From positions 50,778 through 114,777 of the forward strand of contig CABZOI010000006.1 of the NCBI GenBank assembly GCA_902527245.1: a stretch of 64,000 bases of DNA, read 5' to 3'. Origin of the DNA: an uncultured SAR92 cluster bacterium (GTDB lineage Bacteria; Pseudomonadota; Gammaproteobacteria; Pseudomonadales; Porticoccaceae). This document shows, one piece after another, positions 26,996 to 36,254 of the stretch. Position 1 is the first letter of the stretch, and each line of letters opens with the position of its first letter. A program made the position numbers and the translations under genes. Below the pieces are notes generated by a model. It was not told the origin of the DNA. It did no database searches and was given only the letters and a program-made list of their open reading frames with translations.

Positions 26996-28295
26996 GAGTA
27001 ACTCTCATTTTTTTTGACATAACAAAAATTGGTGATCCCAGTAAGATTAATAAAAAAGAGTAAGCGACAATCTCTACACCGGCTCCCCAAATTACAAAAA
27101 TAGAATAACAAAAAGCCAATATGCTCAAAAAAATTGCTCTTGTTTTTACGGGGCTGGCTTCATCTTCTCGAAGAAAATAAAATTCAGATACCGATGAGAA
27201 AGCATAAGCAAGAAGCGTAGAAAGTGTTGAGAGCATTGCCATAAAGGTAAATGCAGCAACCAATCCCTCACTGTAATTCATTAAAAGAAGTGCTGAAATA
27301 ACAATTCCTGCTATCAACAGCGAAAATGTTGGTGTTCCATATTTTCCAAGTCTTCCAAAGTTCTCCGGGATAAGTCCGTCTTTTGCGACAGCAAGTGGCA
27401 TTTGACCAGCAGTCAAAATTATCGCGTTAAGGGCGCCTGCCGTCGAGATGAGGGCACCAATTGTAATTAACATTGTTCCGCCTGAACCAAACACCTTTGA
27501 TGCTGCCAAGGCAATCGGTGCAGTAGAAATAATTAGCTCCTCAGCGGGTACCAAATACATAGTTATGATACTTACCATGAGATATAAAATCATAATTGTC
27601 ATTACTGAGGCAATCATCACTCTCGGGATCGTTTTCTCTGGTTCAATAATATTATCTGCAGGAACTGTCGCAGTTTCCAAACCAATAAAACTCCACATTA
27701 CCAACATTGTGACTGTTGACAACAACGAGAAAAAATTAAGGTTTGATGGATTAATAGCAGGAGCAATATATGGGTCAGTGCTACCCAGACCAAACGTTAT
27801 CAACAATATCATTGGCGCAATCTTTAAGAGAGTTGTGACTAACTGGAATACTCCTGAGTCACCAACACTTCGAATATTTAAAATTATCAAACTCCAGACA
27901 ATACCTGACGCAATCAAGTAACTGGAGAGAGCTGATTCAAGTAATCCAGGATAGATGACACCCAAATATCCAACGAACGCAATTGAGATTCCCGCACATG
28001 CGGCCACACACGATATCCAATAAGTCCAGGCAACGATAAACCCTGCATAATCACCCATACCTGATCTGACATAAGCATATGGACCTCCAAGTTTGGGGTC
28101 CCTTTTAGCTAATCTTGCTAAACAAAGTACGACTAGCAATGTTCCCAATCCAGCAGCCACCCACCCTAGCTGCCCCGCCAATCCATATGGTGCAAGTAAA
28201 GTAGGCATCATAAAAATGCCTGAACCGATAGCACAGCCAACCGCGATTGCCCACGCGCGCCAAAATCCTATCTCTCTCTTTGTTTGTTCTTTCAA
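26982..28295 (-). CDS. APC-superfamily amino acid/polyamine permease
   Basis: 12-TM protein with the N-terminal GSGIFMMP motif typical of APC (AdiC/PotE-type) transporters. Confidence 0.8.
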   Translation of the reverse strand: MKEQTKREIGFWRAWAIAVGCAIGSGIFMMPTLLAPYGLAGQLGWVAAGLGTLLVVLCLARLAKRDPKLGGPYAYVRSGMGDYAGFIVAWTYWISCVAACAGISIAFVGYLGVIYPGLLESALSSYLIASGIVWSLIILNIRSVGDSGVFQLVTTLLKIAPMILLITFGLGSTDPYIAPAINPSNLNFFSLLSTVTMLVMWSFIGLETATVPADNIIEPEKTIPRVMIASVMTIMILYLMVSIITMYLVPAEELIISTAPIALAASKVFGSGGTMLITIGALISTAGALNAIILTAGQMPLAVAKDGLIPENFGRLGKYGTPTFSLLIAGIVISALLLMNYSEGLVAAFTFMAMLSTLSTLLAYAFSSVSEFYFLREDEASPVKTRAIFLSILAFCYSIFVIWGAGVEIVAYSFLLILLGSPIFVMSKKMRVTHEAI

Positions 28296-28557
28296 ATTAT
28301 TTCTCTTGATAACTGAACTTCTCGAGTAAAGGATAGTTTACCTTAATTAAACGGAATGCTTGATTATTTAATGAAAATCAATGTGAGCTTTCCGGTGAAA
28401 ATACTCATTTCCTGACCTCCTGATAACAATCGATAAAAGTTGTTCTTTTCCTCCGAAATGCTTATTATCAATTAATGTCTCGGTAAATTTGGTTTTACTG
28501 AGCTGCAAACGCTCGTTAGAAGCTTGCAAAATAAATAAAAATATATAGGGGTCTTAT

Positions 28558-31086
28558 ATGAATAAGAAATCATTTCTTACTGCAAGTACCCTCGCGCTCG
28601 CAATATCGACGGCCACGACGGCTGTCTATTCTGCTGAGCTAGAGGAAATAATAGTAACAGCACAAAAACGTGCTGAAAGTCTTCAAGATGTTCCAATTTC
28701 GATGTCTGCATTGAGCGGATCAACGATCAAAGATAATGGTATACACAGTTTTCAAGATCTTTCAGGTTATGTGCCTAACCTTGAAATCGCTGAGAATGCT
28801 GTAAATACAATTATCACAATGCGTGGTATTGGTATTGGATCAAATCAATCCTTTGAACAATCAGTTGGTATTTACGTAGATGGCGTGCATTTTGGCAAAA
28901 GCCGTCAAGTTAGAAGCGGATTATTTGATGTGGAACAGGTGGAGGTTCTAAGAGGACCCCAGGGTATTCTGTTTGGAAAAAATACGCTAGCTGGAGCTAT
29001 TAACGTAACCACTGCATCTGCTAACGTGGGTGATGAATTTTCGGGAGGCATTGATGTTAGCCAGGAAAGCTATAATGGACAAATTGTTGATGCTCATATC
29101 GCCGGTTCAGTAACTGATAACCTCGCTCTTCGATTCGCCATAAGAGATCGAACACGTGATGGTCACATAAAAAATACAATGCCAGGCGCCTCAACAGACA
29201 CAATGGCAACAACAGATGAGCAAATGTGGCGATTAAGTGCGACTTTTGAGCCGAGTGATGACGTCGTAATTAAAGCGAAACATACACAGAGTGATTATCT
29301 ACGACTTGGCGGAAATTCGGTTGTTACGACTTTCCAACCAGAGGCAAATATTGCGGCGTCGAATTCTCTGATGTATGCAGTTATGGGAACCTTCTTTCCT
29401 CAAACTGCTCAACTTGCAGCAGCCGGACATCCGAATGATGCCTACAGAGATGCTATCTCAATTGGAGGGCTTGCACTCGCACAATCATTAGGACGCGATC
29501 TGGATAGCACTGAGGAGCAACTCGAGGGAACAGATACACAAACCAAAGATACTACGCTGACAGTTGAGCGGACAATGGCAAACGGTAATACATTTACGTC
29601 AGTAACAGGTCTAACATCATATGAGTATGATGATGGAATCGATGCAGACTTCTTGCCGGTCAGATTTATCGGAAGAAGTGATATCTCTGAGTTTGAGTCA
29701 TTGAGCCAGGAGTTTAGAATCGCATCTCCGCTAGATGCGGAGTTCTCATATATTGCCGGTGCTTACCTACAGAGCTCTAAGCAAGAAATCGATAGATTAG
29801 TTGCTATCGATGGAACCCTGGGTCAACCAGGCTTTATGACTCTTGCTACAGGCTGTAGAACTTTCTTGGCCATCCCAAATGGTGGTTGTATCGCAGATGT
29901 GACTGCATTTGACGTATTGGGAAGAGTTTCTCGTTGGGAGCAAGACACCGAAGCGTGGGCGGTATTCTTCCAGGGAACTTACGATATTTCAGATAATTTG
30001 AGTTTGACAGCTGGATTCCGATACACGAAGGAAGAGAAGGCTGCGCATGCAAAAACTGATTTGACTCAAAATGCAACTGGATTAGCAACACCAAATCCAA
30101 ATCCATATGCTGCAGCGATTCAAGCAGCAAGCTTCGGATCATGGGCGCATGAGTTTAAAGAGGATAGATCAACCAATCAGTTTATGCCTGCGATGAATCT
30201 CCAGTGGGAGGCCTCTGATACAAGTAACTTTTATATGAGCTACTCAGAAGGATTCAAGAGTGGTGGATTTAATGCTGTTGATGATCAAAATCCAGAATTC
30301 TTGCCAGATGGTACCGTTCTTAGAACAGTCCCAGGACCAGGATTTGAGTATGATGACGAAACAGCAAGCTCGTTTGAAATTGGTGGAAAGCATATCTTGA
30401 TGGATGGCGCCATGAGTCTCAACTGGGCTTATTTCGACAGTGAGTACCTCGATCAGCAAGTATCAACTTTTGTCGGATTGGGATTCGTCGTTGCAAATGC
30501 TGCAACTTCAGATGTGACTGGTCTTGAGGTTGATCTCAAGATGCAGGCGACTGAAAATCTTAGATTGGGTGCAAACTTTGCAATCTTAGATGCTGTTTAT
30601 GCTGATTTTGAGGGTGCAGGATGTACTGCGCGACAAGCTTCTGATCTCCTTGGAGCACTAGCACAAGGGCTGACCTCAGCAAGTGGATGTGATGCACAAT
30701 TTACTGCAGCCGGTCAACAGTCTGGTTCAGCGCAAGATATATCTGGTGGTCAGCAAGGAGCGAAGTACAGTGGTACCCTTACTGCAGATTACTCATCCGT
30801 TCTTGATAATGGATTAATTTGGTTCTTAAGTGCAGATCTCTACTTTACCGATCATTACTTTATGACCGGAGATCTGGATCCCATAGATGTGCAGGACGGA
30901 TTTGAACGTTTAGGTTTAAGAGCCGGTGTAGCAGGCGATAGCTGGGATATCATGCTTTATGGAAGTAATGTAAATGATGAGATCTTCGCAACTGGTGCAT
31001 TTGATGTACCTTTAGCAGGTGGAACGCATGCTCGGTATACTGCTCCAGGAGCAATTTGGGGTGTTAGATTGGGCTATGAATTCTAA
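28558..31086 (+). CDS. TonB-dependent receptor
   Basis: Signal peptide ending AVYSA. Plug motifs (EEIIVTAQKRAESLQDVPISMSAL, VEVLRGPQG). C-terminal ...VRLGYEF. Confidence 0.9.
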   Translation: MNKKSFLTASTLALAISTATTAVYSAELEEIIVTAQKRAESLQDVPISMSALSGSTIKDNGIHSFQDLSGYVPNLEIAENAVNTIITMRGIGIGSNQSFEQSVGIYVDGVHFGKSRQVRSGLFDVEQVEVLRGPQGILFGKNTLAGAINVTTASANVGDEFSGGIDVSQESYNGQIVDAHIAGSVTDNLALRFAIRDRTRDGHIKNTMPGASTDTMATTDEQMWRLSATFEPSDDVVIKAKHTQSDYLRLGGNSVVTTFQPEANIAASNSLMYAVMGTFFPQTAQLAAAGHPNDAYRDAISIGGLALAQSLGRDLDSTEEQLEGTDTQTKDTTLTVERTMANGNTFTSVTGLTSYEYDDGIDADFLPVRFIGRSDISEFESLSQEFRIASPLDAEFSYIAGAYLQSSKQEIDRLVAIDGTLGQPGFMTLATGCRTFLAIPNGGCIADVTAFDVLGRVSRWEQDTEAWAVFFQGTYDISDNLSLTAGFRYTKEEKAAHAKTDLTQNATGLATPNPNPYAAAIQAASFGSWAHEFKEDRSTNQFMPAMNLQWEASDTSNFYMSYSEGFKSGGFNAVDDQNPEFLPDGTVLRTVPGPGFEYDDETASSFEIGGKHILMDGAMSLNWAYFDSEYLDQQVSTFVGLGFVVANAATSDVTGLEVDLKMQATENLRLGANFAILDAVYADFEGAGCTARQASDLLGALAQGLTSASGCDAQFTAAGQQSGSAQDISGGQQGAKYSGTLTADYSSVLDNGLIWFLSADLYFTDHYFMTGDLDPIDVQDGFERLGLRAGVAGDSWDIMLYGSNVNDEIFATGAFDVPLAGGTHARYTAPGAIWGVRLGYEF

Positions 31087-31101
31087 TCTAAAATAAGTGT
31101 T

Positions 31102-31133
31102 AAAAAGGGCGGGTATATCCCGTCCTTTTTTTT
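31102..31133 (+). terminator. Rho-independent terminator after the TBDR
   Basis: AGGGCGGG / CCCGTCCT stem (one G-U pair) with a short loop, followed by T8. Begins 16 nt after the stop. Confidence 0.75.
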
Positions 31134-31191
31134 GTGCACGATTCGATAAAGAGAAAGATACAATGATAGAGGATTGAATTAGGAGGTAGGT

Positions 31192-31989
31192 ATGTCAAAA
31201 ACTTATGCAATTATTACCGGCGCATCAGAGGGTATTGGGCTTGAATTTGCTAAAGTATTAGCAAGCCAGAAATATAATTTAATACTTGTAGCACGAAGAG
31301 AGTCATTGCTCAAAAAAAATGCCGAGAATATCTCCTCACTAAATAATGTTGACTGCAAATACATTGCCTTAGATCTCAGTAAAACTGACTCAGCCGATGT
31401 CTTATTTGACTTTATTGATCGAAATAATATTTCAGCAAACTTTTTAGTCAATAATGCGGGGATGTTGCAGAATGGATTCTTCTCCGAACTGTCTTGGAAT
31501 AAACAGTATGAAATGATTAGCCTTAACATTTCGACACTAACCAAACTCGCTTACCTTTTTATTAATTACTTAAAAAGAGAGCATAGATCAGGCTATCTTT
31601 TAAATGTTGCATCATTAGCAGGATGGATACCCATACCGAATCAAAATGTCTATGCTGCAACCAAAGCATATGTAGTTGCTTTTTCTCTAGCGCTCGCGAA
31701 TGAAATAAGTGCCTCTGGGCAGAAGTTAGTAGTTTCAACATTATGTCCAGGATTCACGGACACAAAAATGATGAATAATCCTGAACAAGGAGGCGTACTA
31801 AGAATATCAGAATCTCTCATGCTCTCAGCAGAACAGGTTGCAAAACTTGGAATAAGGGGATGCTTGAACGGTAAAAGAATAATAATGCCTGGATTTATGA
31901 ACAAACTAACAAGCGCTCTTACACACCTCTTTTCGAAATCATTTTTAAGTAGAAATGTTGGAGCCTTTTACAGAAAAAATATGACTTAA
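31192..31989 (+). CDS. Classical short-chain dehydrogenase/reductase (SDR)
   Basis: TGASEGIG cofactor motif, NNAG, catalytic YAATKAY. Confidence 0.8.
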   Translation: MSKTYAIITGASEGIGLEFAKVLASQKYNLILVARRESLLKKNAENISSLNNVDCKYIALDLSKTDSADVLFDFIDRNNISANFLVNNAGMLQNGFFSELSWNKQYEMISLNISTLTKLAYLFINYLKREHRSGYLLNVASLAGWIPIPNQNVYAATKAYVVAFSLALANEISASGQKLVVSTLCPGFTDTKMMNNPEQGGVLRISESLMLSAEQVAKLGIRGCLNGKRIIMPGFMNKLTSALTHLFSKSFLSRNVGAFYRKNMT

Positions 31990-32014
31990 AACACTTTATC
32001 GAACGGGATAAAAC

Positions 32015-32989
32015 ATGAACATGAGCAAAAAAAATAGCATTATGATCACTGGAGCCAGTGGCTTCATAGGTGGTAATCTAATGAAGTCATACAGAGATGA
32101 AGAACAATCAGTTATTGGAGTTGACTTGAAAAGTAACGCTAATGACATCCTTGAGACAGATTTAAGCAATCCAGAAAAACTAAAAGAACCAATGAAACAA
32201 TGTGACGTGATCATTCATACGGCAGCTATGGTATCAAACGCTATGTCTGATGAAGAAATGTGGAAAACTAACGTTTTAAATACATCAAAACTCATTAAAT
32301 TAGCTATCGAGTGTGGGATAAAACGCTTCGTCCATATATCTTCAATTGTTGTTTATGGCAATTCAGCAATAGGAGAGATTAATGAGGATACTCCAGTGAA
32401 CTCCTCAGGAGGAAACTATGTACAAACAAAAATACTCTCTGAGCATGCTTTACTCCAAGAAACCTTAACGGCTGATATAGAGCTAATAATAATTAGACCT
32501 GGCGATGTCTATGGTCCTGGAAGCCGCCCATGGATTATCGAGCCAATAAAAGCAATTAAAAGTAAGCAGTTTATGCTACCCGCTATGGGTAAAGGTTTCT
32601 TTAGACCCGTTTTTATTGGTGATCTTGTTGAGGGTGTAAAGCTTGCGACCGCGTCGAATAATGCTTCGGGAGAAACGTTTAACTTATCTTGTGAAGGATA
32701 TGTAACAACCCAACAATATTTTTCTTACCACTACAAGTGGCTTGGGCGAGGTAAGCCCATGACCGTACCGACACCAGTTGCGCTTTTTCTATCAACAATA
32801 ACAACTTTGATATTCCATTTTTTTGGGAAACTAAACGAAGCATCACCAGCAACTGTTGATCAATTATCAACCAAAAGCTGGTACTCAATACAAAAAGCTA
32901 GAGATCTCCTGGGATGGGAGCCAAAAGTAAAGCTTGATGAGGGTATGGCTATTTCAGAAAAATGGGCTAGAAATCAGAAGCTTATATAA
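32015..32989 (+). CDS. Extended SDR, NAD-dependent epimerase/dehydratase/reductase family
   Basis: ITGASGFIGGNL Rossmann motif, catalytic YVQTK, 324 aa. Confidence 0.8.
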   Translation: MNMSKKNSIMITGASGFIGGNLMKSYRDEEQSVIGVDLKSNANDILETDLSNPEKLKEPMKQCDVIIHTAAMVSNAMSDEEMWKTNVLNTSKLIKLAIECGIKRFVHISSIVVYGNSAIGEINEDTPVNSSGGNYVQTKILSEHALLQETLTADIELIIIRPGDVYGPGSRPWIIEPIKAIKSKQFMLPAMGKGFFRPVFIGDLVEGVKLATASNNASGETFNLSCEGYVTTQQYFSYHYKWLGRGKPMTVPTPVALFLSTITTLIFHFFGKLNEASPATVDQLSTKSWYSIQKARDLLGWEPKVKLDEGMAISEKWARNQKLI

Positions 32990-33042
32990 AATAAATTTAA
33001 AATTTATTTGATAAAATCGAACAAAATTACGGAGTAAAATTT

Positions 33043-34650
33043 ATGCGCTTATGGAATGGATGGGGAGACGAAAAAGACTATTCCAACGTTGAGTTAAGTT
33101 CGAGTCTCAAAGCACTTTTATCAGGACTCTTGGGATCAGGTAAGGCTTTACCAATAATGACTCTTGAAAAAACTATTTCCAAAATACCTGAGAGCAAAAT
33201 GCCTCATCACAAATTAATATCGACAAGTAAAGAGGACCGTCTCCGTCATACGAGAGGACAAAGCTTATCTGATTGGTTTTCCATGCATAGTGGCGCGATC
33301 GACTGTTTTACAGATGGTGTCGCCTTTCCCAGATCAAATGATGAAGTAAAAGAATTATTATTGTTTGCATCGGAAAACAACATCAATGTAATACCGTATG
33401 GAGGGGGAACATCGGTTGTAGGTCATATTAACCCAGAGAGACATGGCAACCTAAATCTGACTATCAGCATGGCTAACATGACAAGACTTCTGGATCTTGA
33501 TCCAATAAGCCTGTTGGCTAGATTTCAGCCTGGAGCAAATGGTCCACAAATTGAGAATCAACTTAATGAGGAGGGATTTACACTAGGTCATTTTCCACAA
33601 TCATGGGAATACTCCACTCTAGGAGGCTGGATTGCCTCTCGATCGAGTGGTCAACAATCATTAAAATACGGACGTATTGAAAACCTCTTTGCGGGTGGGA
33701 AAATCGTCACTCCAAAAGGAACCTTGGTTATACCAACATGCCCCGCATCCTCGGCAGGGCCCGATTTACGTCAATTTATTTTAGGGTCTGAAGGCAGGAT
33801 GGGAATTATCACAGAAGCGAGCGTACGAATTTCTCCTCTGCCTAAAAGCGAGTATTTTGGTGCGGTCTTTTTCCCATGTTGGAATTCTGGAATGTGCGCA
33901 GTGAGAAAAATTGTTCAAGAAAATATTGACCTTTCCATGATGCGGTTAAGTAATTCTCTCGAAACCACTAGCCTAATGTTCATGGGCGGAAAAAGTCCCG
34001 AAGTCATTAACAAACTTAACTCCGATCTTTTGTCGAAAGGAATTCAATCAGAAAAAGTAATGTTAACTTTTGGTTTAACCGACTCATCAGAGCGAATATC
34101 CAAAAATATGCAAGACATCTGCACTGAGTTCAACGGCTTTGTCGACGATTCAGGTCTAATGTCAAACTGGAAACATAGCAGATTTCGAGCACCATATTTG
34201 CGTGAACCCTTGGGCTTATCAGGATATGCAGTTGATACTATTGAAACAGCAGTTGATTGGAAAAATGTCGAGAAAACAATGGTTTCAATCGAAGAAAACA
34301 TAAGAAATGCACTTAATGATGAGAACGAAAATGTGTTTGTTTACTCACATCTCTCACACGTATATAAGCAAGGTTCTAGCATATACACAACGTATATTTT
34401 TCGCATTGGCAACAGCTATGAAGAAGGTATGAATAGATGGAAAAAAATCAAAGAATTGGGTTCGCTAGCCATCTTAAAAGCAGGTGGCACGATAAGCCAT
34501 CAGCATGGTGTCGGATTAGATCACAAAAACTATCTCGTGTCGGAAAAAGGAGAGATTGGCATCGATACGATTAATTCAATTTTTGCCTGCCTTGATCCGT
34601 CAGAGATCATGAACTCAGGTAAACTAACACAAAAAAGTGACAATATTTAA
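33043..34650 (+). CDS. FAD-linked oxidase, alkyldihydroxyacetonephosphate synthase (AGPS)-like
   Basis: N-terminal WNGWG. IPYGGGTSVVGH. HFPQSWEYSTLGGWIASRSSGQQSLKYGRIENL. GPDLRQFILGSEGRMGIITEASVRISPLP. C-terminal HQHGVG. All are colinear with motifs I recall from animal AGPS. Confidence 0.85.
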   Translation: MRLWNGWGDEKDYSNVELSSSLKALLSGLLGSGKALPIMTLEKTISKIPESKMPHHKLISTSKEDRLRHTRGQSLSDWFSMHSGAIDCFTDGVAFPRSNDEVKELLLFASENNINVIPYGGGTSVVGHINPERHGNLNLTISMANMTRLLDLDPISLLARFQPGANGPQIENQLNEEGFTLGHFPQSWEYSTLGGWIASRSSGQQSLKYGRIENLFAGGKIVTPKGTLVIPTCPASSAGPDLRQFILGSEGRMGIITEASVRISPLPKSEYFGAVFFPCWNSGMCAVRKIVQENIDLSMMRLSNSLETTSLMFMGGKSPEVINKLNSDLLSKGIQSEKVMLTFGLTDSSERISKNMQDICTEFNGFVDDSGLMSNWKHSRFRAPYLREPLGLSGYAVDTIETAVDWKNVEKTMVSIEENIRNALNDENENVFVYSHLSHVYKQGSSIYTTYIFRIGNSYEEGMNRWKKIKELGSLAILKAGGTISHQHGVGLDHKNYLVSEKGEIGIDTINSIFACLDPSEIMNSGKLTQKSDNI

Positions 34651-36254
34651 TGGCAACCTTCACGAACAAAAGTGAATTAATCTCATCAATGCGTTCTGGG
34701 AATAATCTTGATTGGGACATCATTATTATCGGCGGTGGAATTACTGGTGCCGGAATCCTTCGAGAAGCAGTCAGGCGAGGCTACAAATCAATCTTGATAG
34801 AAAAAAAAGACTTCTCCTGGGGAACCTCAAGTCGATCGTCTAAAATGATTCATGGTGGTTTACGATATCTTGCTGCGGGAGATTACAAATTAACGAAAGA
34901 ATCTGTGCAGGAAAGACAGAGATTATTAAAAGAAGCCCCAGGACTCATCTATCCGATATCATTTTTCTTCAGCTTTCGAAAAGGACTTTTCCCAGGACCC
35001 TGGGTAATGAGACTCATTCTTCTTATTTATGACTGGTTTGCAAGAAAAAAAGATCATCGATTTTACAAAAACAGTGAACTATCAAAAAAATTTACAAATC
35101 TCGATCAAGATAATTTAAACGGAGCAGTCGCGTATACAGATGCGATGGTGGACGATTCTCGCCTCGTACTCAGACTTTTGCAAGATAGTATCAGTCTTGG
35201 TGCTTCAGCTATAAATTATACGGAAATCAAAGAATTTATGACCACTGATTCGAAAGTAGTCGGTGTAAATATTCGAGACGAAAAAACAAACTCAGATATC
35301 TCTCTTAAATCCTCAGTTGTAATCAATGCAACTGGCGCCTGGGCCGATGAAGTTCGAAAAACAGTTAGTGTTGAAAGAAAAGTCAGACCATTGAGAGGCA
35401 GTCATATTGTTATTCCCAGCTCAGTTTGTCCAATCACTGATGTTTTTGCATTTCTTCATCCAAAGGATAAACGAGGTGTTTATGTCTATCCCTGGGAAAA
35501 TCAAGTAGTCATCGGAACAACGGACCTGGATCATGCACAAAATTTAGACATTGAACCAAGCATCTCATGTAAAGAGTTGCAATATCTACTCGATGGATTT
35601 AATTCTCAATTCAAAACGTCAAAATTGGGGAAAAAAGATATCATCTCAACATGGGCTGGGGTTAGGCCCGTTATTGGAAGTGATAAAAGTAAAGATCCAT
35701 CAAAAGAAAGACGAGACCATGTGGTTTGGAATGACAAAAATCTCATAACTGTCAGTGGTGGAAAACTAACAACATTTCGATTAATTGCAATTGATGTACT
35801 TAATCAAGCAAAAAATTTATTACCAGAGCCTAAAGAAATAGCAGAAGAAACAGTCTTTCATACACCTAAAAATACTGGTACTCATTTAGATTGGTCTAAT
35901 CACGCCGAATCAAAAAGGTTACTGGGCAGATTTGGTCATAAAGCAACAGAGGTAATCAAACTATCAGAGGAATGTAAAACGAAACCATTAGAAAAATTTA
36001 GATACTTGATGGCTGAGTGTCGGTGGGCAATTCTAAATGAGGCTGTGGAGCACCTTGATGATCTAATGCTTAGACGCACACGTGTTGGCATGTGCTTACC
36101 AAATGGTGGAAAGGAAGTACTGCCAGATTTAAAAAATATTTTTTTAGAGGAAAAACAATGGACTTTAAAAAAATGGAATGATGAGGTTCAAAATTATCTG
36201 CAGATTTGGCAAAACTATTACTCTCTTCCACAGAAGGAAAATGCATCGTCATGA
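34650..36254 (+). CDS. glpD: FAD-dependent glycerol-3-phosphate dehydrogenase family
   Basis: DIIIIGGGITGAGI FAD motif, GGLRY motif, C-terminal alpha-helical domain. The ATG overlaps the upstream TAA (TAATG). Confidence 0.75.
   Translation: MATFTNKSELISSMRSGNNLDWDIIIIGGGITGAGILREAVRRGYKSILIEKKDFSWGTSSRSSKMIHGGLRYLAAGDYKLTKESVQERQRLLKEAPGLIYPISFFFSFRKGLFPGPWVMRLILLIYDWFARKKDHRFYKNSELSKKFTNLDQDNLNGAVAYTDAMVDDSRLVLRLLQDSISLGASAINYTEIKEFMTTDSKVVGVNIRDEKTNSDISLKSSVVINATGAWADEVRKTVSVERKVRPLRGSHIVIPSSVCPITDVFAFLHPKDKRGVYVYPWENQVVIGTTDLDHAQNLDIEPSISCKELQYLLDGFNSQFKTSKLGKKDIISTWAGVRPVIGSDKSKDPSKERRDHVVWNDKNLITVSGGKLTTFRLIAIDVLNQAKNLLPEPKEIAEETVFHTPKNTGTHLDWSNHAESKRLLGRFGHKATEVIKLSEECKTKPLEKFRYLMAECRWAILNEAVEHLDDLMLRRTRVGMCLPNGGKEVLPDLKNIFLEEKQWTLKKWNDEVQNYLQIWQNYYSLPQKENASS

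Noticed and set aside
27448-28329. Plus-strand ORFs 27448-27921 (157 aa) and 28093-28329 antisense to the APC permease
   Set aside because: Hydrophobic mirror-frame translations are typical of the antisense strand of membrane-protein genes. They have no start context or motifs.
28453-28477. Fur box upstream of the TBDR at 28558
   Set aside because: It resembles the 19-bp Fur consensus only loosely and needs an indel to align. I report it as a repeat, not as a Fur site. I likewise found no convincing Fur/MntR/Zur box in the 52-nt gap upstream of the metal ABC operon (4441-4492).
22084-28557. Possibility that the region after tRNA-Asp is an integrated genomic island
   Set aside because: There is no integrase, no phage or transposon genes, and I could not find a direct repeat of the tRNA-Asp 3' end downstream. 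The gene content is metabolic. An exact repeat search would be needed to exclude an old island.
36206-36250. N-terminal extension of the FGGY kinase ORF (track start 36206)
   Set aside because: It would overlap the glpD-like gene by 49 nt. The ATG at 36251 gives the canonical ATGA stop/start overlap and begins right at the conserved kinase N-terminus (MSKQYLLSIDNGTQS).
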